Assembly (NCBI GenBank): GCA_013416795.1
Contig: RQSC01000028.1
Span: 153,275-217,274, forward strand
Length of the DNA: 64,000 nucleotides
From: Prasinococcaceae sp. CCMP 1430
Lineage: Eukaryota; Plantae; Prasinodermophyta
Direction of reading: 5' to 3'
Shown in pieces: positions 51,986 through 61,927 of this stretch. Position numbers and translations under genes: made by a program. The notes under the pieces were generated by a model. That model was given only the letters and a program-made list of their open reading frames with translations. It ran no database searches and was not told the DNA's origin. Position 1 is the stretch's first letter, and the number at the start of each line of letters is the position of its first letter.

Positions 51986-54340
51986 TCACGTGTGGCCCTC
52001 AACCGCCGCCTCGTCCTGGCGTGCGGCCGCGGTGTGCTCGTGAGCCTCCGCAGCCACCGCCCTCGCCGCGTCCCACTCGTGCAGGCCCTTCGATGCCGCC
52101 ACAAGCAGCGCCTCGGTGCCGCGCGTTGCCACCCGGGCATGCACGGCGGAGCCGACGTCGGCCGCAAGTCCCGCCAGCGCAGGGGCTCGGCTCGCCGCTT
52201 CGCGGCCCACCGCGGCGCCAAGCCACGGTTGGTCGTAGAGCACCGACCAAACCATCGACGCTGCCTCCATGCTGCTCTTCACCGAGTTGACCACAACCCT
52301 TTCCTCCGTGTCCTCCAAGCCCTCGTCGCTAGCGGCCGCCTCGCGGCTGTCGGCCCCCGATTGCGCTCCATCAGCGCCGCCGCCAGTGCTGGCACCCGTG
52401 AGTAGACGTTCGGCGTAGTCCGCCGCGTCCTCGCACAGGGCGCGGCGCGTTGGCGCCCCGTTCTCCGAGAAAAGGTACTCGGCGGCGTCCTGAATGCCGC
52501 CCTCGAGGGCGGAAGCGTCGATGCCCCCGATGCCGCCCCTGTTGCTGTCATTGCCACCGCGGCCACTGCCACTGCCCTCGTTGTGCCGCCTGCTGGTGCT
52601 GCTGCTAACGCTTCTGTCGCTGACTGCAGCGCGCAGGATGCGCTCCAGACGCTTCCATCGAAGCCCCCCGCGGCCGTCGAGCAGCAGAGCGCCGCACACG
52701 GCGCGCACTTCCGGCGACCTATCGGCTAGGATGCGCGACACGACCACCGGGTAAGCGCTCCTCACCACCTCAAAGTCTGGATCGAGTAGAGAAGCGGTGC
52801 CCTCGAGTGAGCCCAAAGCGCGCGCCACCAGAGACAGCTCCGCTGGCAGCTCGAAGTCGAAGTGCCCCAGCGCCTCGCCCATACGCGCCATAAGCCCTTG
52901 GAAGTCTGCGCGGCCCGCGCCGCCGATGCTCCCACCGCCCTTGGCAGCGCCGGCCTGCGACAGGCGCGGACGCTCTTCTAGCATGCTCCTTAGCGCGCGC
53001 ACGACGTCTGCGCGTTCGTACGCGACGCCCTCGGTGCCCGGCGGCGCGAGCATCTTCAGCTGCACCGCGGCGTCCGCCAGCGCACCGGCGTCGCCATTGA
53101 CATACGCCACGAGCGCGGTCATCATCGCCACGCGGCTCGAGCGGGGCAGCTCCTGACACAGGCCGAAGTCGAGGTAGCACAACAGGCCGTCCTGAGTCAC
53201 CATCAGGTTGCCGGGGTGGGGGTCAGCGTGGAAGAGGCCTCCCTCGAGCAGTTGGTCCAGGGAGCAAGCCACACCGCGTTGCACGAGTACCGATGCCTGC
53301 TCTCTGGTCATGGTGCCGCGCTCGACGACCTCTGTTAGCTTGGTGCCGTCGATCCACTCACTCACGAGCACTCTGCTCGTAGTGAACGGCCACACCACGT
53401 TAGGTGCGGTGATGCCGCTGCCAGGCGTGCAGTAGAGCCGCCGAAAGCGCTCGGCGCGCCGCGCCTCCTCAATGAAGTCGAGCTCTGCGAAGATACCGCC
53501 GACGAGCTGGTCGACCATACGCGGCAGGTCCACCTTGAAGGGCGCACGCTCCGCAGAGCCTGCGGCCCCGTGCAGGCCATTGGGCGGCTGTTGCCGGCCC
53601 TCGCTCGCAACAGTCGCGCTGCCGTCTGTGTCCCCTCCACCAGCCGCATAGCTTTGATGCTGTTGCTGCTGCCTGCCCGGCTGCTCACTGCCACCTGCTG
53701 CTCGCTCGGCACTCAACCGTTCGCGCTGCCTGGCCAGGTCGGCGTCGCGTCCCGCCTGCGCTAGGGCCGCGACCTGTCTGAGTACCACCGCGTCCATCCC
53801 CACCACACGCTCCAGGCCCGGCCGCTGCACCTTGACTGCCACCTCGAGGCCGCCCGCGTCTGGCCGCAGCCGCGCACGGTACACCTGCGCGAGCGACGCA
53901 GCGGCGACGGGCTCCGCGCTTATTTCTGCGAAGGCGTCGTGGACCGAAGCGACGCCGAGCTCGGATTCGATCACCGCGAATGCCTCGCGCGAGCTGAAGG
54001 GCGGCACGGCGTCCTGCAGCTTGGAGAGCTCCTCCACGTACTCGGGCGGGATGAGGTCAGCGCGCGTCGAGAGCGCCTGGCCAGCCTTGACGAACGCGGG
54101 GCCGAGCGAGGAGAGCACCGAGCGCACTCGTCGCGCGCGCCGTGCCATGTCGGTGTCTATAGCGGCCGCCGCGCGCAACCTCGCGAGCTGCATCCCCACC
54201 AGCGCCGCGCGCGCGAGCAGGCCCGCCGGCCGCTCCGCCGCGTGCTCCCGCCAGAGCGCGCCCGCGTCGTTGCCGCGCGCGCGCGCGCCGCGCGGCGTGT
54301 GGGTGTGTGCGCACCCCGCCGCCGCCCCATCAAAAAGCAC
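51986..54340 (-). CDS. Second ABC1/UbiB atypical kinase (5' end uncertain, possibly ATG at 54649)
   Basis: Motifs LGPAFVKAGQALSTRADL, PVAAASLAQVYRA, VAVKVQRPG, ELDFIEEA, FHADPHPGNLM and LDFGLC. Confidence 0.9.
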   Translation of the reverse strand: MLFDGAAAGCAHTHTPRGARARGNDAGALWREHAAERPAGLLARAALVGMQLARLRAAAAIDTDMARRARRVRSVLSSLGPAFVKAGQALSTRADLIPPEYVEELSKLQDAVPPFSSREAFAVIESELGVASVHDAFAEISAEPVAAASLAQVYRARLRPDAGGLEVAVKVQRPGLERVVGMDAVVLRQVAALAQAGRDADLARQRERLSAERAAGGSEQPGRQQQQHQSYAAGGGDTDGSATVASEGRQQPPNGLHGAAGSAERAPFKVDLPRMVDQLVGGIFAELDFIEEARRAERFRRLYCTPGSGITAPNVVWPFTTSRVLVSEWIDGTKLTEVVERGTMTREQASVLVQRGVACSLDQLLEGGLFHADPHPGNLMVTQDGLLCYLDFGLCQELPRSSRVAMMTALVAYVNGDAGALADAAVQLKMLAPPGTEGVAYERADVVRALRSMLEERPRLSQAGAAKGGGSIGGAGRADFQGLMARMGEALGHFDFELPAELSLVARALGSLEGTASLLDPDFEVVRSAYPVVVSRILADRSPEVRAVCGALLLDGRGGLRWKRLERILRAAVSDRSVSSSTSRRHNEGSGSGRGGNDSNRGGIGGIDASALEGGIQDAAEYLFSENGAPTRRALCEDAADYAERLLTGASTGGGADGAQSGADSREAAASDEGLEDTEERVVVNSVKSSMEAASMVWSVLYDQPWLGAAVGREAASRAPALAGLAADVGSAVHARVATRGTEALLVAASKGLHEWDAARAVAAEAHEHTAAARQDEAAVEGHT

Positions 54341-54420
54341 GCGCTTCCTGACGCGTCGCGCCGCGCGTTGGCTTTGACCATATTTGTAGAACCTATTTCG
54401 ACCCCAATAAAATGCGCGTA

Positions 54421-54705
54421 CCCTAACCTAAGCGCGCGCCGTTCGACGCTGGCAGGCTCGCGCGGAACAAAAAAAAAAAAAAAAAAAAGGTTGGCGGCGC
54501 ACCGCTCGCGGAGCAGGTGCGCGGCGCAGGAGGCGCGGGGCGATGCTGGGTGGCGCCACACGGCTTCGCGGCGGGCGGGCGAGGCCCTCCCCACGGCACA
54601 CGGGGAGTGGGGAGGGGGTCGGCGGGGCGTGCGGGGAGCGCGACGCCATCCGGCGGCGCCGGCGGCGAGCGCCGCGGCTGGCGGGGGCCCCGCTGGTTTA
54701 GGGTT
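54421..54705. promoter_or_regulatory. Divergent promoter with telo-box motifs and an A20 tract (ABC1K / mS23)
   Basis: ccctaacctaa at 54421, poly-A at ~54469-54488, and ggtttagggtt at 54695-54705 just upstream of ATG 54739. Confidence 0.5.
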
Positions 54706-54738
54706 GGTGTGTGGCGGTAACGGCGGGCGGCGCCGGCG

Positions 54739-57700
54739 ATGTCAAGGATGTCCAAGCTGCCGCGCCAGGCGGCCAAGTTCGTGGGGGGCAGCATGCTGTC
54801 GCGTGCGACGCGCCTGTTGCGCTCGGGGGAGTACGAGGCGCCCGCGTGGCTGGCGGCGGCGGCGAGTGCGCCGCCGCCCCCGCGCGCGACGCGGGACGGC
54901 CACGGGCTGCGCAAGCGACGCGGTCTCAAGCCCAAGGGTGGCGGCAGCAGCGAATGGACGGTGGAGAGTGTGTCGCAGCGCATGCTCGCTGAGACCCCGG
55001 AGCTCGGTGCCCGATTCGCGCTGCCGCGTGCCGACGAGCCGGAGCACCCGGTCGCGGTCGCTGCCGCGCATGCGATAGAGCTCGTCGACGGTGGCGTCAG
55101 CCAGTCCTTGGCGATGCGCATGGCCGTCGAGCGGCTGGCATGCAGCTTCCGCTCGCAAGAGCCGCCCGCGATCGACGGCGGAATCCAGCGCGAAGACGTA
55201 TCTGGCTGCGTATGGGCATCGGACGCCGAGGGCGGATGGTGGGTGCGCGGTGCTGCTCGTGCGGACTGGGGGGCATTCGTTGACGCGAACGGGCGGGCAT
55301 TTTCGCGCGACGCGGCGACCGATGCGTGGGTGGCCATGGGGAACGCGCGCGTGCGGAACCCCGACGAGCACACGATTGGAGAACTCGTCGAGGAGCGTAC
55401 CGCTGAGGCTGAGGGCATGGGCCTGCGCATGCGCAAGGGCAACGATGGTCGCTGGTACAAGAAGGTGTGGATGCCCGCAAGGGTCGCCGGTGCTGGCGAG
55501 ATGACGGGACTCGCGCCGCAATTCGTCCCTGCGTTCGAGCGCGACATGTGGCGTCGTGCTCCCGGCGGGTTGCTCGCTACACGCGTCGACCGCCCCTTCC
55601 GCGCCTTCCTGCGTGAGGAGCCTGAGGCGAGGGCCGTGACCGAGCGCACGTGGCTTGAGGTGCCCGACGCCATCGCCGTTGGGCTGGTCGGCGGCGCGGG
55701 CAACGAAGGCACGCGCAGGCTGAAGCTGGCGGAGGCGCGCGCTACGGACCTGCTGTGCGCCCGCGAGATGGCGCTGCAGCTCACCGAGATCGTCCAGGTC
55801 CTTGCTGCGCTCGAGGCTGCGGCGAAGGAGAGCGAGGATGAGGTGGCGCAGCTCGCCGCCGTCGCGGCGGCGTGCGGTGGTTGTGGGGAAGATACAGACC
55901 TTGCGCGCGCGCGCTGGGCCCTCGAGCGCGTGGCAGCAGCTATCGGACATGAGAGTGCGCTCGACGGCGTGCGCGCTAACGCCGCTCACGGATTCTGCGT
56001 CGTCGAAGACGCAGCAGAGCATGCGGCCGAGGTGCTGGGTGTCGCCGCTGCGGCAATCAGCTCGTCCCTCGGTCCCATGCGCGAAGCCGCGGCGCATGGT
56101 GTCGTGAGTGCAGCCATGGAGCTGCTCGACGGTGCTTCTGCTGGCGGTGCCACCGCGGAGGGTTCTGTTCTGAAGTCGCTGTCCGCCATTGCCACGGCCA
56201 CGGGCGACGAGGAGGCCGCGTGGGCTGCGCTCGTCGATATCGCAGGCCGCTCCGAGGCCGCTGCTGAGAGCGACGTGAGCGCTGGGCTTGATTCGAGCGA
56301 TATGAGCGAAGTGCGCAGGGCGGCGGCGAAAGCGCTCGTCCCGGTAGTCTCTGGGCTCGGGCGGGAGCAGATCGCGTACAATGCTATCAGCGCCACCATC
56401 GCTGCCGGATCCGACGGCGACGCTGCTTGGGCGGAGCTAGTGACGCTCGCGGAGCGCACTGGCGGCGCGAGTTCTGTTGCTGCCGCGCGCAGATCTGGCG
56501 GCTCGCTGTCGGTTCGCAAAGCGGCCGCGGCGGCGCTGCTGTCCGCTGCGCAGCGTTCACATGGCCTAGATGAGCTGCGTGCCGCCCTGGCAGATCCGGG
56601 CGCCGAGGATGTGTCCGCGAAGCTCGGGGCGGCGACGCAGAGACTAGGTATGTGGGCCGGTCGAGGGCTGGACCCTGAGTCAGACGCGGCCAAGGAGGGC
56701 AAGCTGGCCAACGCGTTGTTACGCGTAGGAGCTGGCCCGTCCGCGGATGGCCGCGATGTCTTCGGCGTGGGCGACGCTCTCGTGGACGAGGCGGCGACCG
56801 AGCTCGACGCCGCGGCGGCCGCGATGGGACTCGAGGGCAGCTACACCGAGGGGCTGTTCCTTGAGGCGCTAGAGCAGATGGAGGTCCGTGTGGGGGGTCC
56901 CACGGGCGTGCTGTGCAGCGATAGGGAAGTCGGCTGGCCGCTGGTCGGTCCCGACCCGCTGGCGCTGCCAAGCGACGGCGACGCAACGTCCGGCGGGACA
57001 CACACGGCGCGCGCGTTGCGTGAGTGCCAGCGTCTTTGGGACGCTGGCGTGCGCGATCCCGCCTTCCTGGATCTCTTCGACCACCTGAAGGCCCGCGCGA
57101 GCCTCGCGCCCGAGGCGGCAGACCTGCCTGCGAGCGAACGCGGCACAGACGAATACGAGCGCCTGGTGGAAGAGTTCGTTGTTCCCGTGTGGCGCGAGCA
57201 CGCACCCGGGACGACCGCGAGCGACCTCGGCGACTGGAAACGGCCACCACCAGAGGACTCAGAGGCAGATGATGGACGCCTCGTCGAGCCTGCCAAGGTC
57301 GTCAACTTGCCGCGTGCGCTGGCCGTTCGACCGCGCATGCGCCTCGAGCCTGTGAGTGGCTATGACATCGCGCCGGCCGGTCCTGGCAGCCTCCGCTTCG
57401 GACGTCCAGACCCGCGCGAGATCCATGGACAGCTCATGGGGCCGTACACCGTTGAGGACAGTGCTGGCGAAGATGTGGTGGACAAGATTTCGCCCAGCGC
57501 GAGACTCGCCGCCAAGCTGCGTGCTGCCGACGCCCGCAAGCACGCACTGCGTTCCAACGAGCTCTTTCAACAGGACGGCGCGCCTAAGCGGCTGCTCGAG
57601 GTCACTGCGGCGCACCGAGCGGTAGAGATCGCCGAGGCTGGCGGGCTGCGCAGGAGGCTGCGCGCACAGCGCTTCCGCAAGTGGCTAGACCGGACTGGCC

Positions 57701-57747
57701 ATGCGCAGCGGGGCGCGCTACCCTTCGCAGCTGGAGGTGCCATGTGA
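54739..57747 (+). CDS. Mitochondrial ribosomal protein mS23-like N-terminus with a very long Ala-rich helical extension (1002 aa)
   Basis: GSMLSRATRLLRSG..EAPAWLAA...PP and HPVAV..HAIELVDGGVSQSLAM resemble the plant/fungal mS23 (Rsm25) pattern from memory. Intronless ORF with an R/K-rich presequence-like start. Confidence 0.6.
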   Translation: MSRMSKLPRQAAKFVGGSMLSRATRLLRSGEYEAPAWLAAAASAPPPPRATRDGHGLRKRRGLKPKGGGSSEWTVESVSQRMLAETPELGARFALPRADEPEHPVAVAAAHAIELVDGGVSQSLAMRMAVERLACSFRSQEPPAIDGGIQREDVSGCVWASDAEGGWWVRGAARADWGAFVDANGRAFSRDAATDAWVAMGNARVRNPDEHTIGELVEERTAEAEGMGLRMRKGNDGRWYKKVWMPARVAGAGEMTGLAPQFVPAFERDMWRRAPGGLLATRVDRPFRAFLREEPEARAVTERTWLEVPDAIAVGLVGGAGNEGTRRLKLAEARATDLLCAREMALQLTEIVQVLAALEAAAKESEDEVAQLAAVAAACGGCGEDTDLARARWALERVAAAIGHESALDGVRANAAHGFCVVEDAAEHAAEVLGVAAAAISSSLGPMREAAAHGVVSAAMELLDGASAGGATAEGSVLKSLSAIATATGDEEAAWAALVDIAGRSEAAAESDVSAGLDSSDMSEVRRAAAKALVPVVSGLGREQIAYNAISATIAAGSDGDAAWAELVTLAERTGGASSVAAARRSGGSLSVRKAAAAALLSAAQRSHGLDELRAALADPGAEDVSAKLGAATQRLGMWAGRGLDPESDAAKEGKLANALLRVGAGPSADGRDVFGVGDALVDEAATELDAAAAAMGLEGSYTEGLFLEALEQMEVRVGGPTGVLCSDREVGWPLVGPDPLALPSDGDATSGGTHTARALRECQRLWDAGVRDPAFLDLFDHLKARASLAPEAADLPASERGTDEYERLVEEFVVPVWREHAPGTTASDLGDWKRPPPEDSEADDGRLVEPAKVVNLPRALAVRPRMRLEPVSGYDIAPAGPGSLRFGRPDPREIHGQLMGPYTVEDSAGEDVVDKISPSARLAAKLRAADARKHALRSNELFQQDGAPKRLLEVTAAHRAVEIAEAGGLRRRLRAQRFRKWLDRTGHAQRGALPFAAGGAM

Positions 57748-58252
57748 GCACGCTCGGTGCATCTGGCGTGCCTGGGCGCGTCGGACGAGCGGCGGCGGCG
57801 GAGGAGGAAGCCACGCTCGGTCGATGGCTCAGCGGGGCGCCGTCGAATCATTTTTTGTTACATTTTTAAATGCGATTTGATATGCATTCTCGCTTGCACT
57901 GCGTTTCTTGTGCATTTGCGTGCCGCGCGTTTTCTCGTGCGCGCCACACTGCGCGCGCCGAGCCCGCGCCGCGGCGGCGCTGGTGCTGACGCGAACGCGT
58001 GGGGACGCGGCTCCGGTGACTGTGCGGCCGCACGAGAGGCCGAACGCGGCTGGCTGGGGACGTGTGCACGCACGCGCGTGCACGCCCGCGCACGCGCGCG
58101 CGCGCCCTCCAGCTGGCGGAATCGCAGAGAGAGTTCTGAGAGACAGACAGAAAAAGAAAAGGGCAGGCGGTGACCTTTGCCATTGCAACTGCATGCCAAC
58201 GCCAACGGCCTGGCAGGCTGCGCTGCTCGTTGATCGCTGCTAGAGACCAGCC

Positions 58253-61200
58253 ATGGTCCCCTCCGACCACATGATAGCGTTTCGGCCTGATTTGGACGCC
58301 CTCAATGGGGCGCACGGCGTCGCACCGTCGTGCTGGCAGCCTGGTCGCCCGCGCACATCGGAGCCAGAGGATGGCGTCACATTTTTGCCACCTCATGCCA
58401 CGAGCATGCTGGGAATGAGACAGCAAGCCGCCGCTCGCGCGAGAGAGATGCGGCACCGTGGCGGTGGAGCTGATCTGTGTCACGATCTGCGCAGGCCTGA
58501 CAGTGGCGATCGGGAGCGCCATCGCGGTCCGCTTTTGCCGTCGTCGGAGAACTGCTCGTTCCGGAGGCAGAAGGGAGATGGTGCCTCGAACGTGCGCGCC
58601 AGCCTCGGACCGCCCTCGCTGGAGTGCATGGACCTGTCGCACTACTGGGGGCATCTCGACGCAGGATTGCCGCCGCCGCCCGCACCAGCAAACCGCGCTC
58701 CTCCGAGTCAGCCTCCGCCTCCGGTGATCGTGTGCTGGTCCGGGCATTTCGACTCATCTATGACCGCTGCCAACACGTACGAGGCAGCCTTGGGGGCGTA
58801 CTACGCAACGACGAAAGCAAACACCACAGCGGAGGTCGGCGGCACTACTGCGCCGCCTGCTGGTGCAAAGTCGCCACTTTCGCCTGTCGAGGCCAAGGCC
58901 ACTCGGGAGGCGCCGACGCACTGCGGCGATGGTGCCCCTTCATCCTACCCCCACGCAAGCACCAGTCCGCGAGAGTACTTGATTGGCTCTGAAACTGACC
59001 CTCAACGTGACAGCGCGCGCTGGCCACGGGTGCCCTCTAGCCTGGCAGCCTTCTTGTCCGCATCGAGAACGGCCCTGCAGAATCTTGCGCTCAGCGGCCC
59101 CCTTGTCAGCTTCGCACAGCCATCGGAGAGCCTCGTGCACGCGCAGACGTTCTTCGAAGGCGAGGGCATGAACGTCCGGGCGCTTACGCGGCGCGAAAAT
59201 GATAGGCGTGCTCTACGCCCCAGTGCCGTGGATGTGCTCACAGCCATCGACAAAAGGCTAGATTGTTGCCCTTCCCCGCGATCGTTTGAGGCAACTACGC
59301 TGTCTTTGTGCATTTTATCGCGTTCAACAGGCACAGCAGAAGTTCTGCAGGCTTGCGCTGGCGCGAGGGCGTCGGTGGCTGGACTGGTGGCAGACGTACG
59401 GGCCATGATGCTTGATGCCGACCCTGCGCTCGTGTCATCCGCTCTTGCAGCCATTGCGGTACTAGACCCTTCACTGGTGGCGTTCTGGGACCTGCCGCTC
59501 AGCTGGCTCGAGTCGCTCTTGCTGCTCCCAACGTGTGACTCGCCATCAGCAGCGCAATCTGGTGGTGCATCAGTCGCAGGTTCGACGCCAGCCTCGACGG
59601 AGGCAGGAGCGGCGGCGATGGGCTTAGCGGACGCAGAGCTTGGGGGTGGCATCAGCAAGGCGCCTGGGCCGGAAGAGCTGCGCTCAGACGTTCCCGCATC
59701 GATGCTGACTGCCGCGCTGATGGCACTTGACCTCTGTGGCAACCTCCCACTTTCTGCGCTGGACACGATAGCAGGCATGATGGAAGCTGCAGTTGCCGGC
59801 TGGAGCCGCATCCCCGCCTGGGAAATGTGCTTTTACCTGCTGTTTTTCCACAGCTGTGGCGTCCAGCCTCCAGTCAAGCTTCTCGATGCCGTCGCGGGGG
59901 CTCTCGACCCAGCGACACTTTCGAGCAACAACAGTGACCACCCGGACGAGGAGAGCGCAATCGATCCGCCTGACTCATGGGAAGAGCCTCAAAGGCAGCG
60001 TGTGAGGCTCGTACCTGCGAGCACGTCCCGAAGGAAGAGCTCGGGCAACCCCCCCCGGCGTGGCAGGGGCGTGCCGATGCGGATCGCAGGAGCCCTTCTG
60101 TGTGCTTTCGGAGGCGCGGGTCACAGGCCACCGTCACCTTTGATGCGCGCCCTGACCCAGCAGGTTGTGCAGCAGCTGGTGAGTCGGGCGTCGCTCATGA
60201 GCGACACCGAGACGATCATATTCGGACTCGCCCTGTGCTCGTTCGACCCTGGGCCGGCACTGTTGCGACTCACGACTGCTCGGCTGCGCGCCACAGTTGT
60301 GCCTCCAACTCAGAGCCGGTCGCACACGACTTCACCCTTCGAGGACAACAGCGCTATTGCCAGAGGCGGCCATGGGCACAAAATCCAGCGGCGCGCGAGT
60401 GTGCCGGCACCCGGCTTGCCCAGCACAGGCTTTGCTGCTCTCGGGGATCCAACGGACACGGAATGCCCCCTCGCCGTGCGCGCCCTGTACTCACTTGCCA
60501 AGCTCAGGCATCAGATGGACACCAGTACCCTGAATGCTTTCTGCAGACGGCTAGAGGACTCGCCCGCCTGTCTCAGCCGCATGTGCGCGGAGGACGTTGC
60601 GTATTTCCTCTGCGCGCTTGGTCTGTTGTCACACCACCCCGGCGCGACCGTTGCTGTCGCGGCCGTGGGGCGCCTTTCCGACGAGCTGGCGGCCTGCCCC
60701 CGTGCGCTCTGCCCACGCGCCATCGTCGAAGTTCTTTCTTCGCTGGCTACGCTCAATTTCTGCCCCTTCTTTGACCCCGTCGCCCAGGAGTGGCCCGATG
60801 AGGGAGATGAACACGTCTCCTGCCGTTCGGCCGAGGCGAAAACTGCCGTGGGTCTCCTCATCCAGCGTTTCGCAGAGAAAGCACAGCAGCAGGCCACTCG
60901 CGAGGACCTCATCCGCTGCTTGCGAGCGCTCGCCGTGGTAGGCGCCCCGCAACAGGCATGCCACCAGCTCGATCTCATGGTATCCCTCATCTCGACAGGA
61001 CTGGTTTTGGACACACCTCCCAGCCGCAGTGCCCTGGCTGACCTCCACCTACTCATAGAGCTCGGAAACACCCCGCGTGCCCCGCGCGCGGCGGCTGCCG
61101 CTGCGAGTGTGCTGGCGCAGCGTCCGGCCTTGCGCAGCTTGGCGGCGGCGGCCTTTCGGGCGCGCACGGTCTCCAAGAGGCAAATGCTTGGGCCGCTGCA

Positions 61201-61516
61201 GGGCGACGTTTCGAGCGTGCTTGTATCCATGGGCATCTTGCACGTGCGGCAAATGGTGAGCGACGACGGCGGACCAATCGTCGCCATTGCCATCCTGGAC
61301 TACGGGATTGCCGTCGAAGTCGAGGACGGCGACTGTGCGCTGCGCAACGTCTCGCGCCCCTGCGGCTACGCACTCTTGCACCGCCGCATGGTGTCCTCCA
61401 GAGGCTGGCGCGTAGTGCCAGTGTGCAGCTGGGAGTGGGATCGCTGTCACACGCTTCACCAGAGGCAGCAGCTTTTGGTATCCAAACTGACCGCCACCGT
61501 GCTGCCCCATGCCTGA
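58253..61516 (+). CDS. OPR/FAST-like helical-repeat protein with C-terminal RAP domain (organellar RNA processing); true start uncertain
   Basis: Repeats AVRALYSLAKL, DVAYFLCALGLL, AIVEVLSSLATL and DLIRCLRALAVV. RAP-like GIAVEVED...LHRRMVSSRGWRVVPVCSWEW. Confidence 0.8.
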   Translation: MVPSDHMIAFRPDLDALNGAHGVAPSCWQPGRPRTSEPEDGVTFLPPHATSMLGMRQQAAARAREMRHRGGGADLCHDLRRPDSGDRERHRGPLLPSSENCSFRRQKGDGASNVRASLGPPSLECMDLSHYWGHLDAGLPPPPAPANRAPPSQPPPPVIVCWSGHFDSSMTAANTYEAALGAYYATTKANTTAEVGGTTAPPAGAKSPLSPVEAKATREAPTHCGDGAPSSYPHASTSPREYLIGSETDPQRDSARWPRVPSSLAAFLSASRTALQNLALSGPLVSFAQPSESLVHAQTFFEGEGMNVRALTRRENDRRALRPSAVDVLTAIDKRLDCCPSPRSFEATTLSLCILSRSTGTAEVLQACAGARASVAGLVADVRAMMLDADPALVSSALAAIAVLDPSLVAFWDLPLSWLESLLLLPTCDSPSAAQSGGASVAGSTPASTEAGAAAMGLADAELGGGISKAPGPEELRSDVPASMLTAALMALDLCGNLPLSALDTIAGMMEAAVAGWSRIPAWEMCFYLLFFHSCGVQPPVKLLDAVAGALDPATLSSNNSDHPDEESAIDPPDSWEEPQRQRVRLVPASTSRRKSSGNPPRRGRGVPMRIAGALLCAFGGAGHRPPSPLMRALTQQVVQQLVSRASLMSDTETIIFGLALCSFDPGPALLRLTTARLRATVVPPTQSRSHTTSPFEDNSAIARGGHGHKIQRRASVPAPGLPSTGFAALGDPTDTECPLAVRALYSLAKLRHQMDTSTLNAFCRRLEDSPACLSRMCAEDVAYFLCALGLLSHHPGATVAVAAVGRLSDELAACPRALCPRAIVEVLSSLATLNFCPFFDPVAQEWPDEGDEHVSCRSAEAKTAVGLLIQRFAEKAQQQATREDLIRCLRALAVVGAPQQACHQLDLMVSLISTGLVLDTPPSRSALADLHLLIELGNTPRAPRAAAAAASVLAQRPALRSLAAAAFRARTVSKRQMLGPLQGDVSSVLVSMGILHVRQMVSDDGGPIVAIAILDYGIAVEVEDGDCALRNVSRPCGYALLHRRMVSSRGWRVVPVCSWEWDRCHTLHQRQQLLVSKLTATVLPHA

Positions 61517-61927
61517 CCTCGGCGGACAAGACTACGGCGCTTGCACTTTGCAAACTTCCCACTCTACTCTCATGTTTGGACTCTACTCCTGTGACACCGA
61601 CTCGTCACTACCGAGGAGCCCGCAAGATTGCACCCTCATCTCAAAGAAAACAAAGCCCTCAACCACCGCAACGCTGACGCATTGCCGCACGACTGAATGA
61701 ATGCTGTACCATCGCCCCGCACGCGGGCAAAGCGACGCAAACGCATGACTCTCACGCGACTCTTACTCGATTGCATGCACGCATGACTGTTGCGCTACCG
61801 CTGCAGCACCCCTGCACAATGGCTGCCACTGGGCGTTCCCTTTTGCACGCGCCCTGTAATAGAGGCGGCTCATCCTGTGGTGGAGGAAGGGAGCGCACGC
61901 GAGGTGGCTCACAAGCGCCCGCGCCCC

